64,000 bases of DNA from sequence record PZ583741.1. One strand, 5' to 3'. Position numbers and translations under genes: made by a program. The notes beneath the pieces are model-generated. The model saw only the letters and a program-made list of their open reading frames with translations. It was not told where the DNA came from and did no database searches. Below, piece after piece: positions 1 to 10,670 of this stretch (its first letter is position 1; each line of letters opens with the position of its first letter). This DNA is from a phage.

Positions 1-27
1 AAACCCCGCCCAGGCGGGGTTTGTTTT
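1..27. terminator. GC-rich hairpin (aaaccccgcc/ggcggggttt) with flanking T-run; putative bidirectional terminator after ssb
   Basis: Inverted repeat read directly; T-run 20-27; lies 3' of minus-strand SSB. Confidence 0.45.
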
Positions 28-31
28 ATCA

Positions 32-541
32 TCAGAACGGAATGTCGTCGTCGAAGTCAATCGGCGGCTCATTGCCTCCTTGTGGGCTTTGTTGTTTTTG
101 TGGCTGTTGTTGTTGCGGATTTGTCCCCCATCCACCTTGAGGTTGCTGTCCTGATTGCTGGCGTGGTTGTTGCTGATCAGAATCATCACGTCTACCACCA
201 AGCATCTGCATAACACCACCCATCTGCGGAATGACAATCTCAGTGGTGTATTTTTCAACGCCGCTCTGGTCTGTCCATTTGCGAGTGAGTAATTTACCTT
301 CCACGTACACCTGAGAGCCTTTCCGCAGGTATTCACCAGCAACTTCTGCCAGCTTCCCGAAGATAACCACGCGATGCCATTCAGTTTGCTCTTTCTTTTC
401 ACCTGTGGCCTTGTCATTCCACTGTTCTGATGTTGCAACGGAAAGATTGGCAATTGCAGAACCTGATGCTGAATATCTAATTTCCGGGTCATTACCAACT
501 CGACCAAGGATTATGCACTTATTAATACCAATCGAAGACAT
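32..541 (-). CDS. ssb: single-stranded DNA-binding protein (OB-fold, acidic C-terminal tip DDDIPF)
   Basis: 169 aa; N-terminus [19 protein letters not shown] resembles bacterial SSB; Q/G-rich linker; C-terminal DFDDDIPF. Confidence 0.85.
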   Translation of the reverse strand: MSSIGINKCIILGRVGNDPEIRYSASGSAIANLSVATSEQWNDKATGEKKEQTEWHRVVIFGKLAEVAGEYLRKGSQVYVEGKLLTRKWTDQSGVEKYTTEIVIPQMGGVMQMLGGRRDDSDQQQPRQQSGQQPQGGWGTNPQQQQPQKQQSPQGGNEPPIDFDDDIPF

Positions 542-1059
542 TACTTGAATCTCCCGTTTTTATCTCTTAATCTGCCATTATGATTCTCTGTGGCGTGTAA
601 TGATGCGTGCTCTGACTTCGTCATAAGCATTAGGTTACTTGGATGGTTGTTTGTTTTATCATGGTCTATATGATGAACGCATTCATTGTGAAACAACCTC
701 CTCCCAATAATGCCTTCCATAACTACAACATGCTCTCCTCTTCCTTTGTTTTCACCCATAGTTATCTCGACATAACCGTTCGGTTTTACAGAGCGCCCCT
801 TGCCAACTCCTTTCTTTGATTTTGATATATTTTGCTTCCATTCTTCAGTAAACTCTCGTTTTTTACCCCTAAGTCCTGAGCCAAGCCTTCCCTCTGCGGC
901 AGCAATTCTTATTGCATCCCCTCTGCTTCTCAATATTCCGGCTTTCTTAAATCTAAACCTCAATGTTGACATGGCTATTCCTGTTTCATTGGAGATTTGA
1001 GGGATGCTCATGCCAGACAAATACATATCAAACTCATTCATATGCACCTCCTTGTGCAA
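541..1059 (-). CDS. HNH endonuclease with N-terminal HTH-like region
   Basis: 172 aa; [15 protein letters not shown]...HASLH matches an HNH motif. Confidence 0.65.
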   Translation of the reverse strand: MHKEVHMNEFDMYLSGMSIPQISNETGIAMSTLRFRFKKAGILRSRGDAIRIAAAEGRLGSGLRGKKREFTEEWKQNISKSKKGVGKGRSVKPNGYVEITMGENKGRGEHVVVMEGIIGRRLFHNECVHHIDHDKTNNHPSNLMLMTKSEHASLHATENHNGRLRDKNGRFK

Positions 1060-1121
1060 TATAGTAATTTACAACCATCAAGTCAACTTTTAATTACTTT
1101 ATTTACGCCGCGTGCCATTTA

Positions 1122-1781
1122 TTAAAATCCTTCAATTGGAGTTGGTTTATGTTCGGTTTTTTCTTCCTGCGGTTCTGGCTGCTGTGGTTGCTGTTTGGCC
1201 AGTTTTGCAGGGTTAAATGATTCACCTGATACCATGAATTTAGCCTTCATCTCCTGATAAGCGCCAACAATAACGCGAGTTGCTGCATCATCACCACGAA
1301 ACGCCTTGTATTCTTCGCCATAGATTGAAGTTAATTCTTCCATGCTCGCTGCGTTTCGAATTAATGCGACTGCGTCTTTTGGTGATTTGCGAGCGGCATT
1401 ACCGTCATCATCAGCCTGAGCAATACCAAACATTGCCGCGATGGAATATCTGCGTGCGTACGTCATTGCGGAACCATACCCTTGCGCATCCTTCTTGGCT
1501 ACTGGCATTGGCATCACTGATGACATGTACTCGCCAGACTCATGCATTATCGTTGTTTCAAGTTTAAGCACATCCATTGAGTCGCCATCAATGGCATTCT
1601 GGATGATTATAAGACCATTAGCCTCAAGCGCTGGACGTATCGCATCAAGGAATGACTCAAGGTTTGCGTAATTGCTTTTCAGGTGTGGGTTTTTGGCGTT
1701 TTTCTTTGCGCCGCTACTCATCACCTTGCGAGCCTCAACCAGAGCCTTAATCAGATTTGCTTTCTGTTCCGAGAAAATCAT
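1122..1781 (-). CDS. putative single-strand annealing protein (Erf-like, family uncertain)
   Basis: 219 aa; conserved block DAQGYGSAMTYARRYSIAAMFGIAQADDDGN shared with the B paralog 45335..45985; sits next to exonuclease and SSB. Confidence 0.5.
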   Translation of the reverse strand: MIFSEQKANLIKALVEARKVMSSGAKKNAKNPHLKSNYANLESFLDAIRPALEANGLIIIQNAIDGDSMDVLKLETTIMHESGEYMSSVMPMPVAKKDAQGYGSAMTYARRYSIAAMFGIAQADDDGNAARKSPKDAVALIRNAASMEELTSIYGEEYKAFRGDDAATRVIVGAYQEMKAKFMVSGESFNPAKLAKQQPQQPEPQEEKTEHKPTPIEGF

Positions 1782-1798
1782 TTACATCACCTCACTAA

Positions 1799-2749
1799 TT
1801 ATAAATTAAATTGTTTTTTGAACCATTCTGGCGTTTCCATTTCTATTACAGGATTACCCATTGAATAACCCGGCCACGAATTGGCCTTTTTGCACGCCTT
1901 GTAAATTTCCATTGCACCATTTAACTGGATGCGACCGATTCGTAATTGCTCCTCTGTCAATCGAATCAACGCAGGAATAAACGGCGCTTTCTTTTCCTGC
2001 ACGAGAAGATTCACAGAGCGTGGCGCATGACCATATGCCGCAACAAACATGTCGTGCTGCATCGCCATTTTCATAAAGTAGCCAAGTCGCGCAGCATGGC
2101 GGAAAAACTCATCAGGCTTGGCGCTAACTGCCGTCTTGTAGTCAATGATTTCGCCACCTTTTGTCAGGCAGTCAAAGCGAACTTTTGCTTTTTCTCCATT
2201 AAGTTCACCGAGGATTGACACTTCCGCATAAGCACCAGAAAGAAGGCTGCTGTAATAGCTGTTTGCGTGAATTACAGCACGCATTTGCTGAATAGCATCA
2301 TAATAATGCCCTTCTAACAAAATGCGACCATTGGAGTTAATTTCAGCAATAAGACGCTCTTCGTCGTAAATCTTCACTGGCTCGCCAGTTGCACGAATGA
2401 TTTTGATCACATCAGCTTTCGACTTCCCTGAGAGTCCTTTGATGCCTCGCTCTTTCGCCCATGAGTTCATGTCACTGACAGTAACTAGCAGATCATCACC
2501 AAAATCTTCTTTGGTTGGCATGCGAGCATATTCAGCATCGAAACGCTCAGGTTCAAGCAGAGCTGTATGACTTCCGGTTCCGAAGATAAGTGCTTTTGAT
2601 TGCTCATCTTCTTCGTCTTTGTAGCGCCAAGCTGCTGGGCATCTGTCAAGTATATTCCATAACCCAGAACCATTAATATGCTCGGTGTCAGCGTGGTATT
2701 GCTCATTAGTTAATTCATTATTGAAATAGACCTTCATTGTTAACCTCAC
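1799..2749 (-). CDS. PD-(D/E)XK family exonuclease (recombination exonuclease, partner of annealing protein)
   Basis: 316 aa; EIIDYKT motif; homologous to B ORF 44137..45108. Confidence 0.55.
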   Translation of the reverse strand: MRLTMKVYFNNELTNEQYHADTEHINGSGLWNILDRCPAAWRYKDEEDEQSKALIFGTGSHTALLEPERFDAEYARMPTKEDFGDDLLVTVSDMNSWAKERGIKGLSGKSKADVIKIIRATGEPVKIYDEERLIAEINSNGRILLEGHYYDAIQQMRAVIHANSYYSSLLSGAYAEVSILGELNGEKAKVRFDCLTKGGEIIDYKTAVSAKPDEFFRHAARLGYFMKMAMQHDMFVAAYGHAPRSVNLLVQEKKAPFIPALIRLTEEQLRIGRIQLNGAMEIYKACKKANSWPGYSMGNPVIEMETPEWFKKQFNL

Positions 2750-2774
2750 TCATCATCACGTAAATGAATCTACA

Positions 2775-3215
2775 TCAATCCACATCAAAAGGCAAGCCAA
2801 AATAGGTCAACACTGCAATCTTTATCTGGTCGAGTCCACACGCCACCGCAGAGAATGCACCAGCGCTGGCGCTATCGTTGAGAAACGGTATCTGTCCTGG
2901 TTGCCATTTGCTAAGCGTTGAATCATGGCGCTTCAACTCTATCGTCGCTTTATGCCACCCACCCCCGGGCGTCAGGATTATCACATCAGACACCCCTGAC
3001 CTGACACCTTTCCTTGCGCGCGATGCAAGATGCTGCACTGAGTTGCTTTTGGTCTCCTGAGACGGATGGAACCACAGCACATCAGGAAACCGGTAATCCA
3101 TCCACCACTTGAACGCTATCAATTCGGAATCCTCAAGCGGACACTCGCCGCGGTAACCATCATCAAAAATTAATACCTTGTCACTCAGCTCATGCTGCTT
3201 GAATCGCTTTTTCAC
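2775..3215 (-). CDS. VRR-NUC domain nuclease
   Basis: 146 aa; D...IELKR PD-(D/E)XK core; homolog of B 52676..53095; overlaps helicase 3' end. Confidence 0.55.
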   Translation of the reverse strand: MKKRFKQHELSDKVLIFDDGYRGECPLEDSELIAFKWWMDYRFPDVLWFHPSQETKSNSVQHLASRARKGVRSGVSDVIILTPGGGWHKATIELKRHDSTLSKWQPGQIPFLNDSASAGAFSAVACGLDQIKIAVLTYFGLPFDVD

Positions 3216-5124
3216 TATTCTCTCCTGTAAAATCTTTTCTGTGGATTATGTCGCGACCTTTATCATTAATACGATGCGTGATGCGTTTTGGCGCTTTAAT
3301 CAATCCCGCATACATCATGAACTGCTTGGCGTTCTGGCATTTCAGGATTTTTCCAGCCATTGACTTATCATCAAGGTGAGGAAATACTGCCTTTGCCTTG
3401 AACATATTTTTCATGTGAGTTGCGCCGCCATAAGGGTAGAAAACTTCGTTAGCCCAGCCTTCTTTGCCATCACAACGATTAATCCAGTAGCGATATAAAA
3501 TACCATCTCCATCCTTCGTTAACTGGACTTTGAAATCCATAACATCAGCCCACTCATTATCCGTATACGCACGCTCATTCAGTGCCGCATTCGGGTCACG
3601 CAAAACATGATCACAATGCCGGCAATAGCGCGCTGTCGGGTCGTTTTTAGTACCGCATCCATCATCAAAAATACGGATTCCATGCTTATCGAAGCCGCAA
3701 CGGATGTAACTGAAAAACTCCTCGCAGCGACCATCTTGCGACAATGCATCTTTGCCAATGCAGCGGCGCGCAGATGGGCTGTTCATTGTTCCGCATTTCG
3801 GACACGGAACTTGTTCGCCGCTGCGTTTTGAACGTTGCGCTTCAGCCTCTTCCAGAATAGGGTCTTCATACAGCTGACCAAGCTCAAACATCGTTCCTGA
3901 GAAATCAAGAACCAGATGGTCTTCTTTATGATACCCGGCATCAATTTGCTCTTTCTTCAGCAGGCGCATTCCGCGACCAAGCAGCTGAACAAGAAGAGTG
4001 AGTGACATTATTTTTCGTAATATGCAGCTCGTATCCCATAACGGTATATTTACGCCAGTGGTAAGGGCTGCTATCTGGAATGTGAATTTTTTACGCCCGG
4101 TGTATGCATCTTTTAGAGCCTTCCTTCTGGCTTTTGACCCAATATCTTCTGTAACTATTGAATAACTTCCTTCAGGCAAATATTTTGCCGCCTCCTGGCA
4201 ATGCTTTTTACCAGCACATGTAATTAGCACTCCGTTCCTGTTTTTAGTCAACTCCATAACCTTGAGCATGATTTTCTGCGTCAACGTACCTTGCTCAAGA
4301 ATTTCTTTCTGCATCTGCTTGAGCTGCTCGGCGGTAAAGTCCTGAGTGCCATCAACATCTGAACCATGAAAATCCGAAAGGTCATAATGCAGACTATCAA
4401 CATCATGAAGACCAAAAATTGTTGGCACAAGAAAACCGTTTTCAACCATGTACTTGGTGTCTATGTTGATAATCTCTTTCTTCCAGAAAGCGCCTTTTAT
4501 TGATGTAGTTCCGCGAAACGGTGAGCCTGTATAACCTATTATTCTTAACTCATGGCCGTGCTTATCTTTGCACCTTTTCATTAGCTCATTAATTATCACT
4601 GCATACTGCGTATCACCATCATTAACAACGTCAATGTCATTAACCATATGATTTTCATCGATCAGCAGAAATCTTGGGCAAAAGTCAGAAAGCGCGCCTT
4701 TTGCAATAACATTCCCTGACTCATCCTTTTTGTCAAACAAAGCATTTGCAACAGTACCCTCAGAGCCACAGATTATTGGGTACGTAGAACTTTTCCTACC
4801 CAACGAAGCACTGAATAGTGAGTTTCTAACACCAAGCGCCCATAGCTCTTCCGCATCTTGCTCCACTATTTCGCCCTGTCTTGATAAAATCATCCCTGAA
4901 TAGCCCATTTCCTGAAAACGCTTTGCTATCATGGCAATCATTAGTGACTTTCCGCTACCGACGCTTGCTGTTACATAGCTCGGGCCAACATAATGACGAA
5001 TAACATCGCCAGTTAACTTATATATCAACCACTGATAAGGTCTTGGCTCGATATCACCAGTATCCAAGCAGGATTTCAGCAAGTTAATGTCAATCTCTGA
5101 AATCATCTTGTCTATTTTGTGCAT
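3190..5124 (-). CDS. SF2 DNA helicase with C-terminal zinc ribbons
   Basis: 644 aa; Walker A GSGKS, DExH-like LIDENH, motif VI LLGRGMR, CPKCG/CRHC zinc ribbons. Confidence 0.8.
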   Translation of the reverse strand: MHKIDKMISEIDINLLKSCLDTGDIEPRPYQWLIYKLTGDVIRHYVGPSYVTASVGSGKSLMIAMIAKRFQEMGYSGMILSRQGEIVEQDAEELWALGVRNSLFSASLGRKSSTYPIICGSEGTVANALFDKKDESGNVIAKGALSDFCPRFLLIDENHMVNDIDVVNDGDTQYAVIINELMKRCKDKHGHELRIIGYTGSPFRGTTSIKGAFWKKEIINIDTKYMVENGFLVPTIFGLHDVDSLHYDLSDFHGSDVDGTQDFTAEQLKQMQKEILEQGTLTQKIMLKVMELTKNRNGVLITCAGKKHCQEAAKYLPEGSYSIVTEDIGSKARRKALKDAYTGRKKFTFQIAALTTGVNIPLWDTSCILRKIMSLTLLVQLLGRGMRLLKKEQIDAGYHKEDHLVLDFSGTMFELGQLYEDPILEEAEAQRSKRSGEQVPCPKCGTMNSPSARRCIGKDALSQDGRCEEFFSYIRCGFDKHGIRIFDDGCGTKNDPTARYCRHCDHVLRDPNAALNERAYTDNEWADVMDFKVQLTKDGDGILYRYWINRCDGKEGWANEVFYPYGGATHMKNMFKAKAVFPHLDDKSMAGKILKCQNAKQFMMYAGLIKAPKRITHRINDKGRDIIHRKDFTGENSEKAIQAA

Positions 5125-5645
5125 TATTTTACCCTACCAAATTCACCATGATACTTTTTTGATGCTTCCGCATAAACTTTTGCTGCTTCTTCTTTTGTAT
5201 CATATCTGCCGAGCCATATTTTTTTATTATTTACATGTATAGAGCAAGTCCATTTTTTTGTTTGCTTGCAAAAACCAACCCCCTTTACACCGGATGTGTT
5301 ATGGCTTGGAATCCTCATGTTTCTTAAATTTCCATTAAAGTTTGTTTCTCTTAGATTTTCTATCCTGTTATTCAATCTATTACCATCTTTATGGTCTATT
5401 ATTAACTCAGGCCAATAACCATGCACTAAAGCCCAAATTATTCTATGAACCTTTATATCAACACCTAAAAAGCCAACCTGAAGATATCCACTTACAGTCT
5501 TAGAACCTGCAATAGCGCCACGTTTAACCCTGTTTGTTGTTGTTCTTTTCCATATGAGATTTATTCCGTCATATGAAAAATACTCCCGCAACGTGGATAC
5601 TGGTATTGACTTCTCTTTTAACTTCATCAATTCGAAATCATTCAC
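5124..5645 (-). CDS. HNH homing endonuclease with AP2-like DNA-binding domain
   Basis: 173 aa; HRIIWALVHG...IDHKDGNRLNNRIENL HNH motif then GVKGV...W AP2-like segment. Confidence 0.65.
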   Translation of the reverse strand: MNDFELMKLKEKSIPVSTLREYFSYDGINLIWKRTTTNRVKRGAIAGSKTVSGYLQVGFLGVDIKVHRIIWALVHGYWPELIIDHKDGNRLNNRIENLRETNFNGNLRNMRIPSHNTSGVKGVGFCKQTKKWTCSIHVNNKKIWLGRYDTKEEAAKVYAEASKKYHGEFGRVK

Positions 5646-5707
5646 TTTACGTTACCCTCATTCAGTGTTACGCTTAAAGCATACAAACAGTAACAGATGG
5701 AGTCAAC

Positions 5708-6658
5708 ATGTTTTCTTGGGAAGAGATACAACAAAAGATGATTGGAAATTGGGAGGCGGCACTACTGTCAATAGTCAACATAGACAGGAAAATTTTTTCT
5801 GGAAAACATCAACCATGCCCTCATTGCATGGGGGTTGACCGGTTCCGTTGGGATAATCACTTCGAAACAAAAGGCGACGGCGGAGCAATCTGCAATCAGT
5901 GCGGTTCCGGTAGTGGCATGAACTGGCTGATGAAACTCTCCGGCATGAGCTTTCCCGAAGCACTGGAGGCGCTGGGTGGATTCCTGAACATGCACCCGCG
6001 TGAAAAGCTGGAGGCAATCAGGAAGGAGCTGCCGAAGATAAATCACAACGATGACTTCATCACAGAGCAGGAAGTCGCAGCAATCATGGCTAAAACGACG
6101 CGTGTCTCGATGAATGAGTGGACTTTGATAAACGGTATTGGTTGCGACGTTAATGTCGCCAGAGGTAAATCTGGAGAGCTTATTGTGGTTGAGATGGTGC
6201 GTGCTGACACAATGAAGCCGTGCAACGTGGCATTCATTGGCATGGATGGTGATGCATTCAAAACATTTTATAAAGCAGGATACAACAAAGACTCAGCCAT
6301 AAACGGAAAACTCACGCGAGGCTCGATAAGCCCAATCGGAGAAGACAACGGAAAGTTCATTTATCTGGTATCTGATTATGCCGATGCATGGAAATGCCAT
6401 TACTTCACTGGCGCTCATGTCTGGTGTTGCTGGTCGCCGGAAAACATGTGGGAAGTGGTGCGTTCTGTTAGCGATGAGACGAAGGCGAGATTGCGCTGCA
6501 TAGTTAATTATAAATTTGACGAACTTTGCGCTGCGGAAAATTCAGGGCTTCCGGTGATGTTGCCTGATGATGCTGACACTATCAGGATGGCGAAGAGAAT
6601 CAGAAGAAAGATTTATGATGCTGGCGAGTTGATAGAGAAAATGTCAGTCAGCAGATAA
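5708..6658 (+). CDS. DNA primase (zinc-ribbon plus TOPRIM-like domain)
   Basis: 316 aa; CPHCMG...CNQCG zinc ribbon near N-terminus; homolog of B 49122..50045; divergent from helicase. Confidence 0.7.
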   Translation: MFSWEEIQQKMIGNWEAALLSIVNIDRKIFSGKHQPCPHCMGVDRFRWDNHFETKGDGGAICNQCGSGSGMNWLMKLSGMSFPEALEALGGFLNMHPREKLEAIRKELPKINHNDDFITEQEVAAIMAKTTRVSMNEWTLINGIGCDVNVARGKSGELIVVEMVRADTMKPCNVAFIGMDGDAFKTFYKAGYNKDSAINGKLTRGSISPIGEDNGKFIYLVSDYADAWKCHYFTGAHVWCCWSPENMWEVVRSVSDETKARLRCIVNYKFDELCAAENSGLPVMLPDDADTIRMAKRIRRKIYDAGELIEKMSVSR

Positions 6659-6661
6659 AAG

Positions 6662-6688
6662 AAACCCTCCAATCGGAGGGTTTTTGTT
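6662..6688. terminator. rho-independent terminator (ccctcc-aatc-ggaggg plus T-run), between convergent genes
   Basis: Hairpin and TTTTTGTT read directly. Confidence 0.6.
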
Positions 6689-6689
6689 A

Positions 6690-7094
6690 TCAGCGTTTCA
6701 TCTTGTCAATTTCATCGTCAATAATCTTTATTATCTCTCGCTTTGCATTCCTCCATGCATAAATGGCATCAAGCGAAGCTCTGTCTTTTGAATCACCGGT
6801 AGCTGTTGAATACAGGATTATGTCTCCCATCTTACAAAATGTATCTATGTAAACAGCCCTAAAAAGACCATCGCCGCAACTCCAGCACAAGCAATTATTT
6901 ATTTTCTTGCAATCATTACCAATGATTCCGGTGCTAAACAACTGAATCCAGCCAATAGGTTCACCAATGGAAATGTCATACTCATCACTATGACCACTAA
7001 CAGAGCACTCAAGACGGAACGTTCGATATTCATGCAGATTGAGACATAATGATCTGTAAATAAGGAATTTAGATCTTTTCTTAACGCTCATCAC
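6690..7094 (-). CDS. hypothetical Cys-rich protein
   Basis: 134 aa ORF, several Cys pairs; no family recognised. Confidence 0.35.
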   Translation of the reverse strand: MMSVKKRSKFLIYRSLCLNLHEYRTFRLECSVSGHSDEYDISIGEPIGWIQLFSTGIIGNDCKKINNCLCWSCGDGLFRAVYIDTFCKMGDIILYSTATGDSKDRASLDAIYAWRNAKREIIKIIDDEIDKMKR

Positions 7095-8683
7095 AACCCC
7101 CTCATAAATCTCATGCGCTTAACGGCAGCAGAAAGATAATTTCTAACCGTTGAGTTCATCCGCAGACCATCCCATGAACCATCACTGCACATCTTAATTG
7201 CTCTTGGATTATCCCTGTCCAGCATTAGTGGTGAATGTTTGTTCTCCTCAATAGCAAGAAGAACTTCATAAACAAATTTATCAGGCGTTAACGTGATGTT
7301 GTTCGAGTCAGCAGAATTGATTATCTTTTCGACTCTGTCACGGCACAGCTTGTTCTTTATAACAGACAAATAAGGCGTTTTAATGAATGCTTGTGATTCA
7401 CAAATTCGCTTTATTTTTTCAACAATGTTCGACCACTCAGTATTCTCAAGTCCATCAAATGCCTGTTCACCCTCAAGGAATCTTTTCAGCCCCGCGAGGT
7501 GTTCAAGAACAGTGAGATAACCCCACTCGATATGCTCCGTCGTAACTGATGGTGTCATTCCCTGACGACTTGACAGATCGGTATACGCCGCCAGAGTTGC
7601 AAGATCGACAATCATTAGACCCATGCGAGGGATAACATCACCAACAACACCATCGCAATCACCAAGCTCACTTTCCAGTTTCATAGACAGAGATCTGTGC
7701 AGTTTTTTCGCATTATCATCAGCCCATACAACGTGAGTTTTCGCGGTAAGAACCCTACCTTTCCACTCATTGATTATTTTTCTTGAAAGCGTACCACTCA
7801 CTTCCACATCCTTCATCGCTGGCATTTCCTCACCAGCAAGATGTCCAAGCTGGAACAGAACGCGACCCATACCGCCATCTTTCTGCCATGAACGCGCAGC
7901 ATCTATTCCCTGCTCTGGTGTGACAGTAATCAGCGGAACAAATTTTGCGTTTTCAATTCCACCGTCTTTTGTTGCAATTTCGTACTCATTCATTGCCGAC
8001 TTTAGCGCGCGCCCAACGCTGTGATCCATCATCGCAAGTCGCTTATAATCTATAACTCCTTTTCCATCATCGCCACCAGTAAGTGGCACTATCCATCCCT
8101 CAGCGCTTGCTGCCGCCATGATGCGTTTTGGGTTTTGTTCCCAAGTAAGGTTTTCAAGCAACTCCTTGATTATTGGTCTGTTAGGAACCCACACGCCGCC
8201 ATCAGTGAGGCCTCTATACCACGCCATAGTACCGCCAAGATATGCATTACGCGGGTTATTCCAGTCTTCAAGATGTTGCTTGTCATCATTCACAACGTAG
8301 AGCAAAGACCCACCTCCGGCAATCAGGTCTAACTGCATCTGTTTCGTAGATGTTGATTTAGACGCGCAAACTCTGGACCCTATTCCCAGCGCATTGGCAT
8401 ATGCCCTGACGAAACTCACCGGGGCACCCTTACCTGCACCAGAGCGAGCTACCAGAAATATGCCAGTATTGCAGATACTACCTGTTGGACCAATCAAGTA
8501 TCGTCCAGCCATCGCCTGAGCAAGACCCAAAGCGCCAGTTAAACGATATCTTCCACCTCCATCACGGCGCTCAAACCCCCTTGCGATCTCATCCATAAAC
8601 TCACCAAGTGCCCCGGGAGCATCCCGCTTTATGCCCATAGCCAGAGACTCAAAATCAATCGAACTCATCAATACACCATCCAT
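7091..8683 (-). CDS. P-loop NTPase, putative replication protein
   Basis: 530 aa; Walker A ARSGAGKGAP, Walker B-like LLYVVNDD; same relative position as B 58773..60356. Confidence 0.4.
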   Translation of the reverse strand: MDGVLMSSIDFESLAMGIKRDAPGALGEFMDEIARGFERRDGGGRYRLTGALGLAQAMAGRYLIGPTGSICNTGIFLVARSGAGKGAPVSFVRAYANALGIGSRVCASKSTSTKQMQLDLIAGGGSLLYVVNDDKQHLEDWNNPRNAYLGGTMAWYRGLTDGGVWVPNRPIIKELLENLTWEQNPKRIMAAASAEGWIVPLTGGDDGKGVIDYKRLAMMDHSVGRALKSAMNEYEIATKDGGIENAKFVPLITVTPEQGIDAARSWQKDGGMGRVLFQLGHLAGEEMPAMKDVEVSGTLSRKIINEWKGRVLTAKTHVVWADDNAKKLHRSLSMKLESELGDCDGVVGDVIPRMGLMIVDLATLAAYTDLSSRQGMTPSVTTEHIEWGYLTVLEHLAGLKRFLEGEQAFDGLENTEWSNIVEKIKRICESQAFIKTPYLSVIKNKLCRDRVEKIINSADSNNITLTPDKFVYEVLLAIEENKHSPLMLDRDNPRAIKMCSDGSWDGLRMNSTVRNYLSAAVKRMRFMRGL

Positions 8684-8997
8684 ACGCGCAAGAATTTACC
8701 ATGGATAACACCATGTTTCACCGTTAACACAGCACCCACCCTGTCAGCCTCAATTTTTAGCGCCCTCTGAAGTGACGCCATTGTCATCTGAAAACCTCGC
8801 TCTATGTCGTATGCGTAGCACCCATCTCTGCCACCAATCAAAATTGAAGTTGAATACCCGTTCTCAAAGTAAAACTGACACCCATCAGGAGCGGTAAGAT
8901 TATTTATCACGTCGTGAGCAAGCGATGTCGTAACAGGGAATATCGGAGCGCAACTCATACTCACCTCACTCAACTCGCTTAATGTGCAAAACTTCAT
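8668..8997 (-). CDS. hypothetical protein
   Basis: 109 aa ORF in minus-strand operon. Confidence 0.3.
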   Translation of the reverse strand: MKFCTLSELSEVSMSCAPIFPVTTSLAHDVINNLTAPDGCQFYFENGYSTSILIGGRDGCYAYDIERGFQMTMASLQRALKIEADRVGAVLTVKHGVIHGKFLRVWMVY

Positions 8998-9214
8998 CGA
9001 AATATGAGCACGTTCTGAATTTCATCCCAAAATCCTCACCAACCCTTCCGAGACACGCGCGAAATCTTTCAACAGAAAGCCCTTTATCTGCAATATCCTC
9101 ATAAGCAATTGAATTAACCTGGCCAACATCCATATGTTTTGCAACGCGATACACGAATTCCATCTTTGAACCATCACGATACATTTTGTTTCTCATAGTC
9201 ACCTCAATCCGCAT
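8966..9214 (-). CDS. hypothetical protein
   Basis: 82 aa ORF, first gene of minus-strand operon. Confidence 0.3.
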   Translation of the reverse strand: MRIEVTMRNKMYRDGSKMEFVYRVAKHMDVGQVNSIAYEDIADKGLSVERFRACLGRVGEDFGMKFRTCSYFDEVLHIKRVE

Positions 9215-9851
9215 TCCAACAGTAACTATAGATAAAAAATAAAATTAACGCAACGCAAAACAGGTCTAACCAGCAACAACAGCTACCACACTTAACAACT
9301 AGTCTGACCACCATCTCGTATCAGATATATGTGGATGGTGCCCGTCGTTTAATTTGTGCTCGATTTTTACCTAATTTACCGTATATTTATTGGTCAGTTT
9401 TTGCATAACTAATTGATTTATATGATTTACCGGTTTTACCGGAACTCTAAGGAGTATTTTCATCATTGAGAGTAGTAGTATATTAATTGGTCTAATTTTT
9501 AAATAACTCTAATAAAATCAATATATTAATATAAGAAAGTAACTTGCTTACTTATATAGGATTTACCGGGTAAAACCGGTAACTCCTCCGCATCCCGCGT
9601 CATTACTGGATTGATTTTTACCACCTGTAGGTAAATACAGTAGTTTTTAAGTCAGGATTGTTTTTGTAAGATGTTGATTACCGGTACTTTATTTGAAAAA
9701 CCGGGATTTACCGGGTTTTTGTTGTGTGATTAATAATTGCGCAATTGGTCATGTTTCAACAGAACACACTGATGCGACATCTGAAAATCATATTGACGTA
9801 GAATTACAACTGATGTAGATTGAACTCATCGAAACAAACGAGGGTGAAGAG
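9215..9851. promoter_or_regulatory. AT-rich divergent intergenic region with at least five (A/G)TTTACCGG(G)T repeats
   Basis: atttaccggttttaccgg, atttaccgggtaaaaccggtaa (palindromic), gattaccggt, ccgggatttaccgggttttt read directly; 640 bp without ORFs. Confidence 0.5.
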
Positions 9852-10037
9852 ATGAAAGAAGAAAGCACGTACAGCATTGACCAGATGAAGTTATTCAGCG
9901 ATATATGCATGGCATTGTCACAACAGGTTCCAAGCCTGCCTGCTGATATGCGCTCAAATGCCATCATTGATGCGGCAAACATGATTTGCGAGGCATATGC
10001 GATGACTGAAGATGAATATAAGGATTCGAAGAAATGA
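9852..10037 (+). CDS. hypothetical small protein
   Basis: 61 aa ORF starting the plus-strand operon. Confidence 0.35.
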   Translation: MKEESTYSIDQMKLFSDICMALSQQVPSLPADMRSNAIIDAANMICEAYAMTEDEYKDSKK

Positions 10038-10436
10038 CAGGCGCAGCATTCGAGCTTATCGCCAGTCTGGTTATCGCGGCATTCATTATCATCGCAGTGG
10101 CAGTTTATAAATCAGGATATAAGGAGTGACAGAATGAGCAGCTGGCATAATGAACACATCATGCAATGGTATCGTCGCCGCATTAAGACAATCATTAACT
10201 CTCACGAGGTGCAATAAATGGCAAAGACTATCTATCGTCGCGAGAAGCTGGAATAAGAACTCGGTCACGTTGGCGCGCAGAACTTCATGAGCAAGCAGGC
10301 ACGCAATGCAATGGAATCTATCCGCGTAAATCGCGTTGTGCGCGTGTTCAATGGCGAGGGTAAACGAAGAGTAATGGATGAGCTGATTATCGTATTTTGA
10401 CCTCGATTCAGCGCTCTTATTTTTAATGGTGATGAT

Positions 10437-10670
10437 ATGGCAAAAGTAAAAACATATGAGTTCTGGTTTGTGCAGAACAAAATTCATGCAAGCAAGATAA
10501 TCAAGCGAGCGCACTGGTGGAATAAGTGGCTAATCCTGTCAGGATGCATTGTGCTGGCAAAGTGCAAATTCAAAGCGATTGACATCACAGATGAGGATTC
10601 ACTCAAAATCGCAAAGATTGAGTTTGAAGAAGATGGCTATTACGAAGAAATTATGGGGGTTAGGGTATGA
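10437..10670 (+). CDS. hypothetical small protein
   Basis: 77 aa ORF. Confidence 0.35.
   Translation: MAKVKTYEFWFVQNKIHASKIIKRAHWWNKWLILSGCIVLAKCKFKAIDITDEDSLKIAKIEFEEDGYYEEIMGVRV

Noticed and set aside
800-1000. Antisense ORF (66 aa) inside the HNH gene, and many similar 60-100 aa ORFs in the track (e.g. 1280..1567, 1946..2218, 5768..6046, 7770..8024, 13789..14262, 21489..21799, 26563..27250, 38145..38516)
   Set aside because: Each lies wholly inside a longer ORF on the other strand or frame that has recognisable motifs; low-complexity translations and no RBS.
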